IMG/VR virus record: IMGVR_UViG_3300032257_000019
Span: 1-50,316 of that record
Length of the DNA: 50,316 bases
DNA from: a virus
Lineage: Duplodnaviria; Caudoviricetes
Strand: one strand, 5' to 3'
The position numbers were made by a program, and so were the translations under genes. Positions within the stretch are counted from its first letter, which is position 1. Each line of letters opens with the position of its first letter. The notes beneath the pieces were generated by a model. The model was given only the letters and a program-made list of their open reading frames with translations. It searched no databases and was not told the DNA's origin. Of the stretch, positions 8,325 through 16,791 are shown one piece after another.

Positions 8325-8327
8325 GCC

Positions 8328-8954
8328 ATGTTAAAAGAACAAGCCATTAATTTTGTTGGTACTTTATCGAATACAAGTAAAATGCCTGGAAAATCAATAT
8401 CATTACCTGCTCAAGAGTGCAAGACAGGCTCAAAACTTAGAAAGGTAAAAGGCAGTGTTTGTGAAAAATGCTACGCCATGAAAGGATGTTATAGTTGGGG
8501 GAATGTACAAAAAGCTTTATATAATAGGCTTGATAAGGTAAACAATACAAGCTCTAGTGATTGGGTATCTGGTATGGTTAAACTAATTAATAAACAAAAG
8601 TATTTTAGATGGCATGACTCTGGGGATATCCAAAGCATTCAACATCTAGATAACATTTGTAAGGTTGTATTGTTAACACCTAATACACTTCATTGGTTGC
8701 CCACTAAGGAAGTTAAGATGGTAAGAGACTATTTAAAATCAAATGAGATACCAGACAATTTAAATATACGGGTATCATCCCCTATGATAGATCAAAAGCC
8801 TATTAAGATGCATAAAAGTGTTAATACTAGCACTGTTCACACTGATAAGAGTTATGGTTTTGAGTGTCCAGCAGGGGGACAAGGGGGAGCTTGTCTAGAT
8901 TGTCGCTCTTGTTGGAATAAAGATATTAAGAATGTGTCTTATAAGTTGCATTAA
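8328..8954 (+). CDS. GP88-family Cys-rich phage protein
   Basis: SKMP, C...CEKCYAMKG, FRWHDSGD, WLPTKE, and C-terminal CPA...CLDCRSCW. Confidence 0.75.
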   Translation: MLKEQAINFVGTLSNTSKMPGKSISLPAQECKTGSKLRKVKGSVCEKCYAMKGCYSWGNVQKALYNRLDKVNNTSSSDWVSGMVKLINKQKYFRWHDSGDIQSIQHLDNICKVVLLTPNTLHWLPTKEVKMVRDYLKSNEIPDNLNIRVSSPMIDQKPIKMHKSVNTSTVHTDKSYGFECPAGGQGGACLDCRSCWNKDIKNVSYKLH

Positions 8955-8965
8955 GGTTTTTTACT

Positions 8966-9433
8966 ATGAATAAATTACAATTATCACTAGCCTGTATTGC
9001 TTCAATCGCTATTAATTCAGCGGATGCCTTAGCAGATACCAGTATTTTAGTACATGGGGTATCAAAGCATGTTAATAGTCCTGCTTGTATGCTATATGGT
9101 AGCGATTTTAAACAATGCCAATACAATGAGCTTAATTATGGTTTGGGCGTTATAGAGCGCAATACAGGGGATAAGTGGTATTATATGAGTGGAGCTTATA
9201 AAAATTCTTTTGGTAGATTATCGACTTATATAGGGGGAGGGTATCAGATTAGTAAGTATTCTGGTATAAAAGGAGCGTTTATTACTGGATATCCACAATT
9301 AAAAGTAGTTCCCATGGTTGCACCATACTTGACAATTCCAACTTTTATTGATAAATTTACTATTAGTTTAGATATCCCCTTTATGCCTGGAACTACCCAA
9401 GCCTTGACGATGTCTATACAATATAAGTTATAA
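8966..9433 (+). CDS. PagP-like small outer-membrane beta-barrel protein
   Basis: Sec signal peptide (ADALA/D); SKH...YNELNYGLG...AYKNSF resembles PagP H...YNERPWGGG...FKDSW; amphipathic strands; C-terminus IQYKL. Confidence 0.7.
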   Translation: MNKLQLSLACIASIAINSADALADTSILVHGVSKHVNSPACMLYGSDFKQCQYNELNYGLGVIERNTGDKWYYMSGAYKNSFGRLSTYIGGGYQISKYSGIKGAFITGYPQLKVVPMVAPYLTIPTFIDKFTISLDIPFMPGTTQALTMSIQYKL

Positions 9434-9445
9434 GGAGTCTTTTTA

Positions 9446-9649
9446 ATGATTACAGGAGATTGTATAGTAAAGAGGAAAGAGTATGGACATGAAAAATGGC
9501 CTAAAAGGTTTCACACTATACCTCGGGTCGGTGATTATATCATGTCCAGTTGTGGAGTACAATTAAGGGTTATTAAAGTTACTCATACTACTCTTAAGAG
9601 GTATAAAATATATTCCACACCCCAAGTTGTACTAGAATTAACAGTATAG
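9446..9649 (+). CDS. Hypothetical protein with a PRVGD motif
   Basis: AAGGAG RBS; resembles 20572-20760. Confidence 0.7.
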   Translation: MITGDCIVKRKEYGHEKWPKRFHTIPRVGDYIMSSCGVQLRVIKVTHTTLKRYKIYSTPQVVLELTV

Positions 9650-9670
9650 ATAAAAGAGGAGCAATACATT

Positions 9671-10093
9671 ATGAAAGCATTAGACAGGATACCCATGGTT
9701 AGTAAGTGGTATGATTACAACGAATTAAGTAATAAGGTGATATGTGAGAGAGGTTTCACTTTTTCAGCTTTAGACGGATACATTGAAGAGGGTTATGCAG
9801 TAGCATTGGAAAAATCCAGAGAAAAGATTATTCCTAAAAGTGAGTTAAACGGTAGGGCTAGTATTGTAAAAGTATTACAAGACTATGCAGAAGCTTTTAA
9901 CAAAGAGCTAAGCAATCCAGAAGTTTGTTTTGGAGCCTGGGTAACTGATAAAGGAGATTTATATCTTGATGTCGTGGTTGTAGTGGATGATTTAAGTGAA
10001 GCCAAGCTAATAGCTAGTCATTTCGATCAAATAGCAGTATACCACCTAAACATGAAAAAGGTATTATTGATCGGAGGGGGTGAAGGGCTATGA
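9671..10093 (+). CDS. Conserved phage early protein (GAW...LYLD...F-D-Q-I-A-V); possibly a distant SAM-lyase-like fold
   Basis: GAGGAG RBS. The motif order loosely parallels phage SAM lyases; the function is unverified. Confidence 0.5.
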   Translation: MKALDRIPMVSKWYDYNELSNKVICERGFTFSALDGYIEEGYAVALEKSREKIIPKSELNGRASIVKVLQDYAEAFNKELSNPEVCFGAWVTDKGDLYLDVVVVVDDLSEAKLIASHFDQIAVYHLNMKKVLLIGGGEGL

Positions 10094-11522
10094 GTATAAA
10101 CAACTATGAAGTAATCCCTGTACCTGTTGATATAGACATGGCAAAAACCCTATATTACAAGGGAATAGCGATTACTCTGCAATCTTGGTATACAAGCCAT
10201 AAACCATTAATCATACATTATGACAGTGTAACTAAGATAGCTTTCACTAAACTATTATTTGGGTATTCTGTGTTAAACGATATAGGTATTGACCATATTA
10301 ATCTATCTATAGATGTAAAAGGAGAAAAACCCTAATGAAATACGCTCCTATCTTAACTTGGCAAATGATACCCACTACACTGTTAAATGATATGAAGGAT
10401 TTATTATTTATAGGAGATACAACCGATTATGATACCACTATCATATTAAAACAGGTTAATAGCCTGGAATATGATATGATGATCATGGAACTATCCTCCT
10501 TTGTCCATGGTCTGATAGGGTATATTCCGTTGTTTGTTATAATTGTGGATGAGGAGTCTGATTTTTATGATAAACCAGAAGAAGAGCTTAATTGATGTTG
10601 TTGTATTGTGGTTGATTATAATCGCTCTTATGGCTGGTGGTATGTTTATGGTTGTTGATTTTATAACACCTGAAGTATCACTATTAAACAAAATTCAAAC
10701 CGATATGGAGATTTATAGACTATGAGAAACAAAAAGGTAAAGAGTTTTAATAAAGTTAAGCAGTTTCTACCGAAGGATATGCCTTATAGGTTGTATGAGG
10801 TAAAGCAGCATGCTCCTCGTTCATTCCTGGTAACTGATAAAGAGGGTAATACACAAACTATGCTGCAGCCTATGTTACAAGTTAGATTGCATGAGAGATG
10901 TATCCGTAAGAAGAAAAAGAAGTTTAAAGTAGAGTTAAGAAAGGGGTAGTAATATGAATGAGCAAATGTTTAATTTAATGGCAGAAGCTGTTGTATTGTC
11001 CTACTTTATAGGGATGCTTATGGGGGGTATTGTTGCAGCACATGTTATGATTAAATCCAGTAAAAAGGATAATGATAATGAATAAGTATACTATGGCTGA
11101 ACTACAAAGAAAAGCAAAGGAAGCTATTAAAGCAAGAGATACCAAGGATGATTTCAGATACAATATACTGATTGAAGGGATTTGTTTATTAACTGGTATG
11201 CATCCTAAAGTAGCAGACAGGCGCATCGAAAGGCTAGCAAAAGGAGATAAAGATGCTGCGTAAAAATGAAACTGTACTAGAAAACTTCTTACTGGATTGT
11301 GAAATGTATGATGTGGAGCAGTGGAAGGAGGATGTTAGATTTGGTCTAACAGATGATATCCATACCATGCAAAAACGAACCTATACGTGTAATACTTGTC
11401 ATAAAGTTGTAGAGGAAAAAGTATTTGAAGTTATTAGTGTGGGTAGTAAGGTGAAAACCAAATGTAATGGGTGTAGAACTAAAGCGAGAGGAGCTACCCG
11501 AAGGAGATTACATGGCTACTAG
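10090..11522 (+). other. Run of small early hypothetical ORFs (10090-10335, 10335-10595, about 10543-10725 membrane peptide, 10722-10949, 11072-11263, 11253-11522 CxxC...CxxC zinc ribbon)
   Basis: Abutting or overlapping + strand ORFs with RBSs; no recognisable families. Confidence 0.65.
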
Positions 11523-11997
11523 ATATCTTAAACGGGTAGGTCCATCCAACTATCGTCTTACGTTTGGTAAGTTGTATGCGTTTGATGGTAGGCGTATAAC
11601 GGACGATGAAGGGGGGAGTATGAAGCCTAGTTATGGTAATAGTGGATACTGGCTGGAGTTGTATATAGATGAATCGCCTATTATACATCAAGGGGATATA
11701 ATATATGCTAAGGACGATAGAGGACGCACTATTACCCAGGATATTGTAAGTGGTAATCACAACATTAAAGAGGAGCAACAAGAAATGAGTAATGCAAATA
11801 TTGAGATGAGAGTATATATTCAAGGTAAATTAGGTAATGATTTATCCGATAAAGAGATATTCCAGGTAATTAAGGAACTAGAAAAAGAACTTGGTTATCT
11901 TGAATCCCTGAATGTAGACTCAGATAAGGTCAATGAAGCTATAGTTGGGATTAATGGGGATATACATGAATTAGTTAAATATGTAGACAATCGGTAA
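11512..11997 (+). CDS. Two-domain hypothetical protein with a coiled-coil C-terminal domain
   Basis: ORF track 11467-11997. ATG 11512 follows AAGGAG, and a second in-frame GAGGAG...ATG lies at 11785. Confidence 0.65.
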   Translation: MATRYLKRVGPSNYRLTFGKLYAFDGRRITDDEGGSMKPSYGNSGYWLELYIDESPIIHQGDIIYAKDDRGRTITQDIVSGNHNIKEEQQEMSNANIEMRVYIQGKLGNDLSDKEIFQVIKELEKELGYLESLNVDSDKVNEAIVGINGDIHELVKYVDNR

Positions 11998-12012
11998 TAA
12001 GGGGAGTCATGT

Positions 12013-12889
12013 ATGAGTTTTGAAGACATAGAGGGACGAGTTGAAATATGCTCTTCTTGTCAAGTAAATAGGGTCCCCTCGGATCTCCTGGAAGAAGGTC
12101 TGTGTGGTGATTGTCATGTAGATGAGGCTATGTCGCCCGTACCTTTGGATTTTGAGAGGGATAAGGGGATGAGTAGATCTGCTCCAGTGGTAACATATAG
12201 AGATATCGACCAGGAGTATGATGATTATGACGAGTGATTTTGATGAGATTAGACATGGGTTTGAGAGGCGTATGGAGGACTTGATTGTAGATATATCCAA
12301 TATTAGAGATAGTAATGGTATTAAGATGAGTATCTACCAGGGGGATTTAATACGGTCCTTTAATCAGGTTATGAATTCTATAGGGGTACAATACTATAGT
12401 GAAATTTATAGAATAACCCCAGGGGACAGACATAATGAAGATTGAACCATGGTTAGCTGTATGTATTTACACTGTATTTGTATCCTGTACACTTGGTTAT
12501 GTTTTGTACGTTAGTAATTAGGGGTAAAATATGGATAGAGGAATGAAGAAGATGTTTATACTCTGTTTAACTAATCCTCTTGGATGGTTAATATTGATGT
12601 GTGTCTCATTCATTCTCATAAGCTCCTGGGGATTTGAGAAGGTTGATAAAGGGTTAGACTATGTATTAGATAAGTGGGAAGGTAATACATGAGTATTGAA
12701 AGTATTGAAGAAGCTAAGAAATGCCTAAACGCATTAGGTAATGCTTATAGAGGGGATTGGTCAGGTGTAGATGGTAGGTCTCTTCGAGAAGAGTTAGAGG
12801 AGATAGCAGATGTACTGGAGGGTGAGTTCACTTATGAAGAATACTGTACCAGGAACTCTATTGATCCAGTAAAACATGTATGGGTATAA
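12013..12889 (+). other. Small hypothetical ORFs (12013-12237 CxxC/CxxC acidic, 12218-12445, short membrane peptides at about 12.43-12.69 kb, 12689-12889)
   Basis: Packed + strand ORFs at the end of the early region. Confidence 0.6.
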
Positions 12890-12897
12890 AATATATT

Positions 12898-12924
12898 GAA
12901 CTTTGACCAAATGTTGAGGTCTAA
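12898..12924 (+). promoter_or_regulatory. sigmaE/ECF-type promoter P3, GAACTT-N15-GTCTAA, upstream of the ThyX/replication genes
   Basis: TT-GAACTT-TGACCAAATGTTGAG-GTCTAA-CTACTAAAAGAG; the 18 nt GTCTAACTACTAAAAGAG are identical to P2. Confidence 0.7.
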
Positions 12925-13020
12925 CTACTAAAAGAGCTTTCCTAGAGTAGCTAATTAGTAATCTAATACTTCTAACATGTACAGATACACACTAATGAAT
13001 AATCTAAAGGAGTATTCCTA

Positions 13021-13206
13021 ATGATGTCGTATAGAGATAAGACATTTTGTGGTAGTGATTGTGAAAATGAGTCTTGTCATAGATTTATTACAGAGTCAGT
13101 ATGGGATAATTCAGAGGAGTTAGGGTTACCCTTAGCTCAAGTTAATTTTAGCTCAGAATGTGATGAATATATTAAACCAAAGGAGAAACAAGATGAAAAT
13201 AACTAG
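13021..13206 (+). CDS. Small four-Cys protein
   Basis: YRDKTFC...C...CHR...C pattern; AAGGAG RBS. Confidence 0.7.
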   Translation: MMSYRDKTFCGSDCENESCHRFITESVWDNSEELGLPLAQVNFSSECDEYIKPKEKQDENN

Positions 13207-13408
13207 AATAGAGAGTGAGGCCCCTAAGACATTTGAGCCTATCACTGTACAAATTGTTATAGAGTCTCGAGAGGAGGTCTTCGCTTTAAGAGAGGCTAGT
13301 GCTAATCTGTGTATAGGTACAGTGAACAAGGAGGTATCTACCTGGGAGAGGTCGCGGGTAATAGTTGGCCTTCTGGAGATAATCTATAGTACTATCAATG
13401 AGGGGTAA
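13193..13408 (+). CDS. Hypothetical protein, paralogue of 15665-15913
   Basis: Start moved to ATG 13193 after AAGGAG; FEPITVQIVIESREE motif. Confidence 0.7.
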   Translation: MKITRIESEAPKTFEPITVQIVIESREEVFALREASANLCIGTVNKEVSTWERSRVIVGLLEIIYSTINEG

Positions 13409-13416
13409 TAATAATA

Positions 13417-14301
13417 ATGTATATCTCAGAGGTAGAAGGTAAAGGGGGTATATCTGCTAAGGTTGTAGCTGATAGTATAGCTAATGAGGTTAGATTAGTT
13501 ACTATGGAACTACGATACCCTAGATTTATACATTCAGAGTTCATGACTCATAGAGTATTTAGTCGTAATGCTAGTAGCTCTAGGGCTATCCCTATTGATA
13601 AGATGATTAATCAAGTTATGTGGGATACAGCTAGACCAGTTGAATGGGGCCTGAATCAACCTGGGATGCAAGCTGAGGACGTTATAACAGATAGGGATAA
13701 GGTCAAGGGTTATGAGTACGATTGGATATCAGCAGCAAGAGAAGCAGCTTTCTATGCTGGTGTTATGAATGGCCAAGGGCTACATAAGCAAATAGTTAAT
13801 AGAATACTTGAACCTTATCAGTTTATCAAGGTCATAGTTACTAGTACTGAATGGGATAACTTCTTTAACTTAAGATTAGATAAGGCAGCTCAACCAGAGA
13901 TACAGGAGTTAGCTAATTGTATGAAGTCTGCCATGGATATAAGTAATCCTGAGGAGCTAAATGAGAATCAATATCATTTACCCTACTTGTCAAGGGATAC
14001 TAAGTATGCTGATAAGGTGGAGTACGGAGATGATCTAATCAAAATGAGTGTAGCTAGATGTGCAAGAGTATCCTATTTAAATCATGATAATAGTGAACCA
14101 AATGTGGATAAAGATGTCAAACTACATGATATGTTATTAAATATGGGTCATATGTCTCCTTTTGAGCACATTGCTACACCTATGACTGATGAGATAGCTT
14201 GTAATGGGGATTGGCCCAAGGGATATACTCACATGGATAACCATGGGGTCATGTGGTCGGGTAACTTCAAAGAGTGGATACAGTTGAGACAAACATTATA
14301 G
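13417..14301 (+). CDS. thyX: FAD-dependent thymidylate synthase
   Basis: HSEFMTHRVFSRNASSSRAIP variant of the ThyX signature, plus HKQIVNR, LRLDKAAQPEI and HMSPFEH. Confidence 0.88.
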   Translation: MYISEVEGKGGISAKVVADSIANEVRLVTMELRYPRFIHSEFMTHRVFSRNASSSRAIPIDKMINQVMWDTARPVEWGLNQPGMQAEDVITDRDKVKGYEYDWISAAREAAFYAGVMNGQGLHKQIVNRILEPYQFIKVIVTSTEWDNFFNLRLDKAAQPEIQELANCMKSAMDISNPEELNENQYHLPYLSRDTKYADKVEYGDDLIKMSVARCARVSYLNHDNSEPNVDKDVKLHDMLLNMGHMSPFEHIATPMTDEIACNGDWPKGYTHMDNHGVMWSGNFKEWIQLRQTL

Positions 14302-14313
14302 GAGAGATGAGAG

Positions 14314-14637
14314 ATGGAACAAGGTATAAAGAAAGTAGCAATATTTCGTAGTGTAGAGTATGGGTATGAGAATATTCAAGAAGACTCTTTTGAAAGCGTT
14401 GATAATTATTATCGTTTATCTGAGTATGAGGAGGTATATTTCACCCCCATCCCTGAAAGAGATGTTGTTATCTCTGAGGTAAATGCTCTTAAGGATCAAA
14501 AGCAAACGATCCAAGCAGAAACACAGGTTAAAGTTGATCGGATAGATAAAAAGATTAATACCCTGCTAGGTATTGAACATAACCCAGGCTCAGCCATTGA
14601 TGGTGAATGGGATGATGATGATGATATTCCATTCTAG
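14314..14637 (+). CDS. Coiled-coil protein ending in the bacterial SSB C-terminal tip (DDDIPF)
   Basis: C-terminus EWDDDDDIPF; the body is short and helical rather than an OB fold. Confidence 0.7.
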   Translation: MEQGIKKVAIFRSVEYGYENIQEDSFESVDNYYRLSEYEEVYFTPIPERDVVISEVNALKDQKQTIQAETQVKVDRIDKKINTLLGIEHNPGSAIDGEWDDDDDIPF

Positions 14638-14643
14638 GAGGAG

Positions 14644-14904
14644 ATGTATATGATTAGTACTATCAGTAAAGAAGAATTAGCAGACCTTGATAGATTGGTC
14701 TGGGATGCTGGCCTGGATGAGGTCCAGGAGATAGTGGATGAGTTGAACTGGATACCTGTCTCTAGGAGACAAGCTATCTATCTTATTAAGTATAAGAGTG
14801 GATGTACAAAAGGAATAGCTGAGGTAGTACATGAGCTTTATTTACAGCTACGTGTGAGATTAATTAAGCTATCCCTCCAAGAGAAGGAGGAGTCCAATGA
14901 ATGA
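14644..14904 (+). CDS. Small protein resembling ECF sigma factor region 4 (tentative)
   Basis: AGGAGG RBS; IPVSRRQAIYL...IAEVV...LRVRL follows the spacing of sigmaE region 4 as I recall it. Confidence 0.4.
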   Translation: MYMISTISKEELADLDRLVWDAGLDEVQEIVDELNWIPVSRRQAIYLIKYKSGCTKGIAEVVHELYLQLRVRLIKLSLQEKEESNE

Positions 14905-15490
14905 AGGTGTAAGAGTATTAGCAGCTATATCAGCTCCTCGGTTAGGATTTACCGATAATATGCGTAGTATGATGTTACTCCAGGAATTAGGTATCCCTTC
15001 TGTAATGTGTACAGGGGCGTACTGGGATAGATCCTTACAGAAATGTTTTGATTATGCAGTAGAGCAAGGATTTGATTATGTATTAACTGTAGATTATGAT
15101 TGTATATTCAGTAAACAGGATGTTATGACCTTATTGAATGAGGCTGTCAACAGTGAGTTATCTGCAATAGCTCCCTTAATGGCAGGTAGAGGTAATCTAG
15201 GCCAGTTGCATACAGTCTTAGGTAATGTACCCGATACACAGATAATACCTGTAGAGTCAGCTCACTTCGGTTTAACTGTTATTAGTACAGATGCATTGGA
15301 TGATGTAAGGGACTGCTGGGTAGGGGGTAATATAGATGTAGATCCTGACGTACAGTTCTGGGAAGATCTAAAGGAGGAAGGTCACCAGGCATATGTACAT
15401 CAAGGGGTAGGGGTAGGTCATCTAGAACTTATGATTAAATGGCCTGGAGGTACTTATGGAACACTCGATGAGTGGTACAGTAATGAATAA
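14897..15490 (+). CDS. GT-A fold glycosyltransferase (GT2-like)
   Basis: DYVLTVDYD (DxD motif), HFGLTVIS, DPDVQFW, VGHLE. Confidence 0.75.
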   Translation: MNEGVRVLAAISAPRLGFTDNMRSMMLLQELGIPSVMCTGAYWDRSLQKCFDYAVEQGFDYVLTVDYDCIFSKQDVMTLLNEAVNSELSAIAPLMAGRGNLGQLHTVLGNVPDTQIIPVESAHFGLTVISTDALDDVRDCWVGGNIDVDPDVQFWEDLKEEGHQAYVHQGVGVGHLELMIKWPGGTYGTLDEWYSNE

Positions 15491-15664
15491 ACCACAGGGC
15501 AATGCTGATTTACTAATACCAGCACAGGTTCATCTTGTAGTCATCACTAAATATGAGATGGACGCTTATATCTCCTTAATCGATAAGGAAGGGGGAAAGC
15601 GACTAGCTGAAGATCTAGTAAAACTAAAGGTAATATTAACTAAGTTAGGACAAGGTGAGAATAT

Positions 15665-15913
15665 ATGAAAGTAGAAACAGAGGAACAAAAGGCTGAATTT
15701 AAACCTGTATCAATTACATTTACAATGGAAACAGAAGATGATTTACGGGCATTGTGGCATATCTTTAATATCCCAGACTCTTTTATCTTAGGGACTGTTG
15801 AGTCTACACGTGTACCTACTAGGCCCTCAGTGTATCGCCCAAGAGATGTAAATATGTATGGCCTATGGGCACCCGTAGATGCCTTGGCTAAACAGGCAGG
15901 ATTGAGAAAATGA
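15665..15913 (+). CDS. Hypothetical protein, paralogue of 13193-13408
   Basis: FKPVSITFTMETEDD motif. Confidence 0.7.
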   Translation: MKVETEEQKAEFKPVSITFTMETEDDLRALWHIFNIPDSFILGTVESTRVPTRPSVYRPRDVNMYGLWAPVDALAKQAGLRK

Positions 15914-15928
15914 GGGGAGAAATAGCAA

Positions 15929-16528
15929 ATGTTTGAAAAGTTTCCAAAATTAGGTAGACTAAGTAAAGGTATTACTATAACTGAGAAGTTAGATGGGACT
16001 AACGCACAATTACATGTGATTGAACACTCCTTATCCCCAGCATCTCATATAGTAGATCAACGTATACATGTATCAGAGTGCGGTAGACTTAGCCTCTTTG
16101 CAGGTAGTCGTAACAGGTATGTATATCTTGATAAGGATAATTATGGATTTGCTAATTGGGCCAAGGCGCATGCAGATGACTTGATTGAGTTCTTAGGGGA
16201 AGGTCGTCATTACGGTGAGTGGTGGGGAGCTGGTGTACAACGTAGGTATGATAGAGAAGAAAAGATATTCTCCTTATTCAATACTAACCGTTGGGGGCCA
16301 GGAAGACAAGAGTTACCTGACTACTTAAGCGTAGTCCCAGTACTATATCAAGGACCATTTGATACCACAGCTATCGATGATACTATGATGGCATTAAAAG
16401 AGAGCGGAAGTGTAGCAGCTCCTGGTTTTATGAATCCAGAGGGTATTGTTGTATTTGATCATGCTACAGGTACTATGTTTAAGAAGACATATGAATATGA
16501 TAAAGGTAAGTGGACAGGAGAGAAATAA
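15929..16528 (+). CDS. RNA ligase, Rnl2-like nucleotidyltransferase domain only
   Basis: Motif I TEKLDGTN, SRNR, motif III YGEWWG, motif IV EGIVV, motif V FKK. Confidence 0.85.
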   Translation: MFEKFPKLGRLSKGITITEKLDGTNAQLHVIEHSLSPASHIVDQRIHVSECGRLSLFAGSRNRYVYLDKDNYGFANWAKAHADDLIEFLGEGRHYGEWWGAGVQRRYDREEKIFSLFNTNRWGPGRQELPDYLSVVPVLYQGPFDTTAIDDTMMALKESGSVAAPGFMNPEGIVVFDHATGTMFKKTYEYDKGKWTGEK

Positions 16529-16530
16529 TT

Positions 16531-16791
16531 ATGAGTGGATTAACAATACCAGCGATAGTTTTAATGATAACTATGATAGGTCCCTCGGGTGAGTTAGGAC
16601 AGGCAGTAGCATTCCCTGAGAGCATGAAGAAATGCCATTATATTGCTAAGGTTATGATTAATGATGAAAAGGAAAGTATAGCAGCAGAAGATAACCTACG
16701 AAAAGAGGGAAAGGGTGTAGAGCCTCGTACTAAATTACAGGCGATATCTTGTGTTAAAGCAGAGGTGCCTATTAACGGACAGATTATGTAA
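16531..16791 (+). CDS. Hypothetical protein with a hydrophobic N-terminus and two Cys
   Basis: ORF track 16510-16791; ATG 16531 follows GGAG. Confidence 0.6.
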   Translation: MSGLTIPAIVLMITMIGPSGELGQAVAFPESMKKCHYIAKVMINDEKESIAAEDNLRKEGKGVEPRTKLQAISCVKAEVPINGQIM

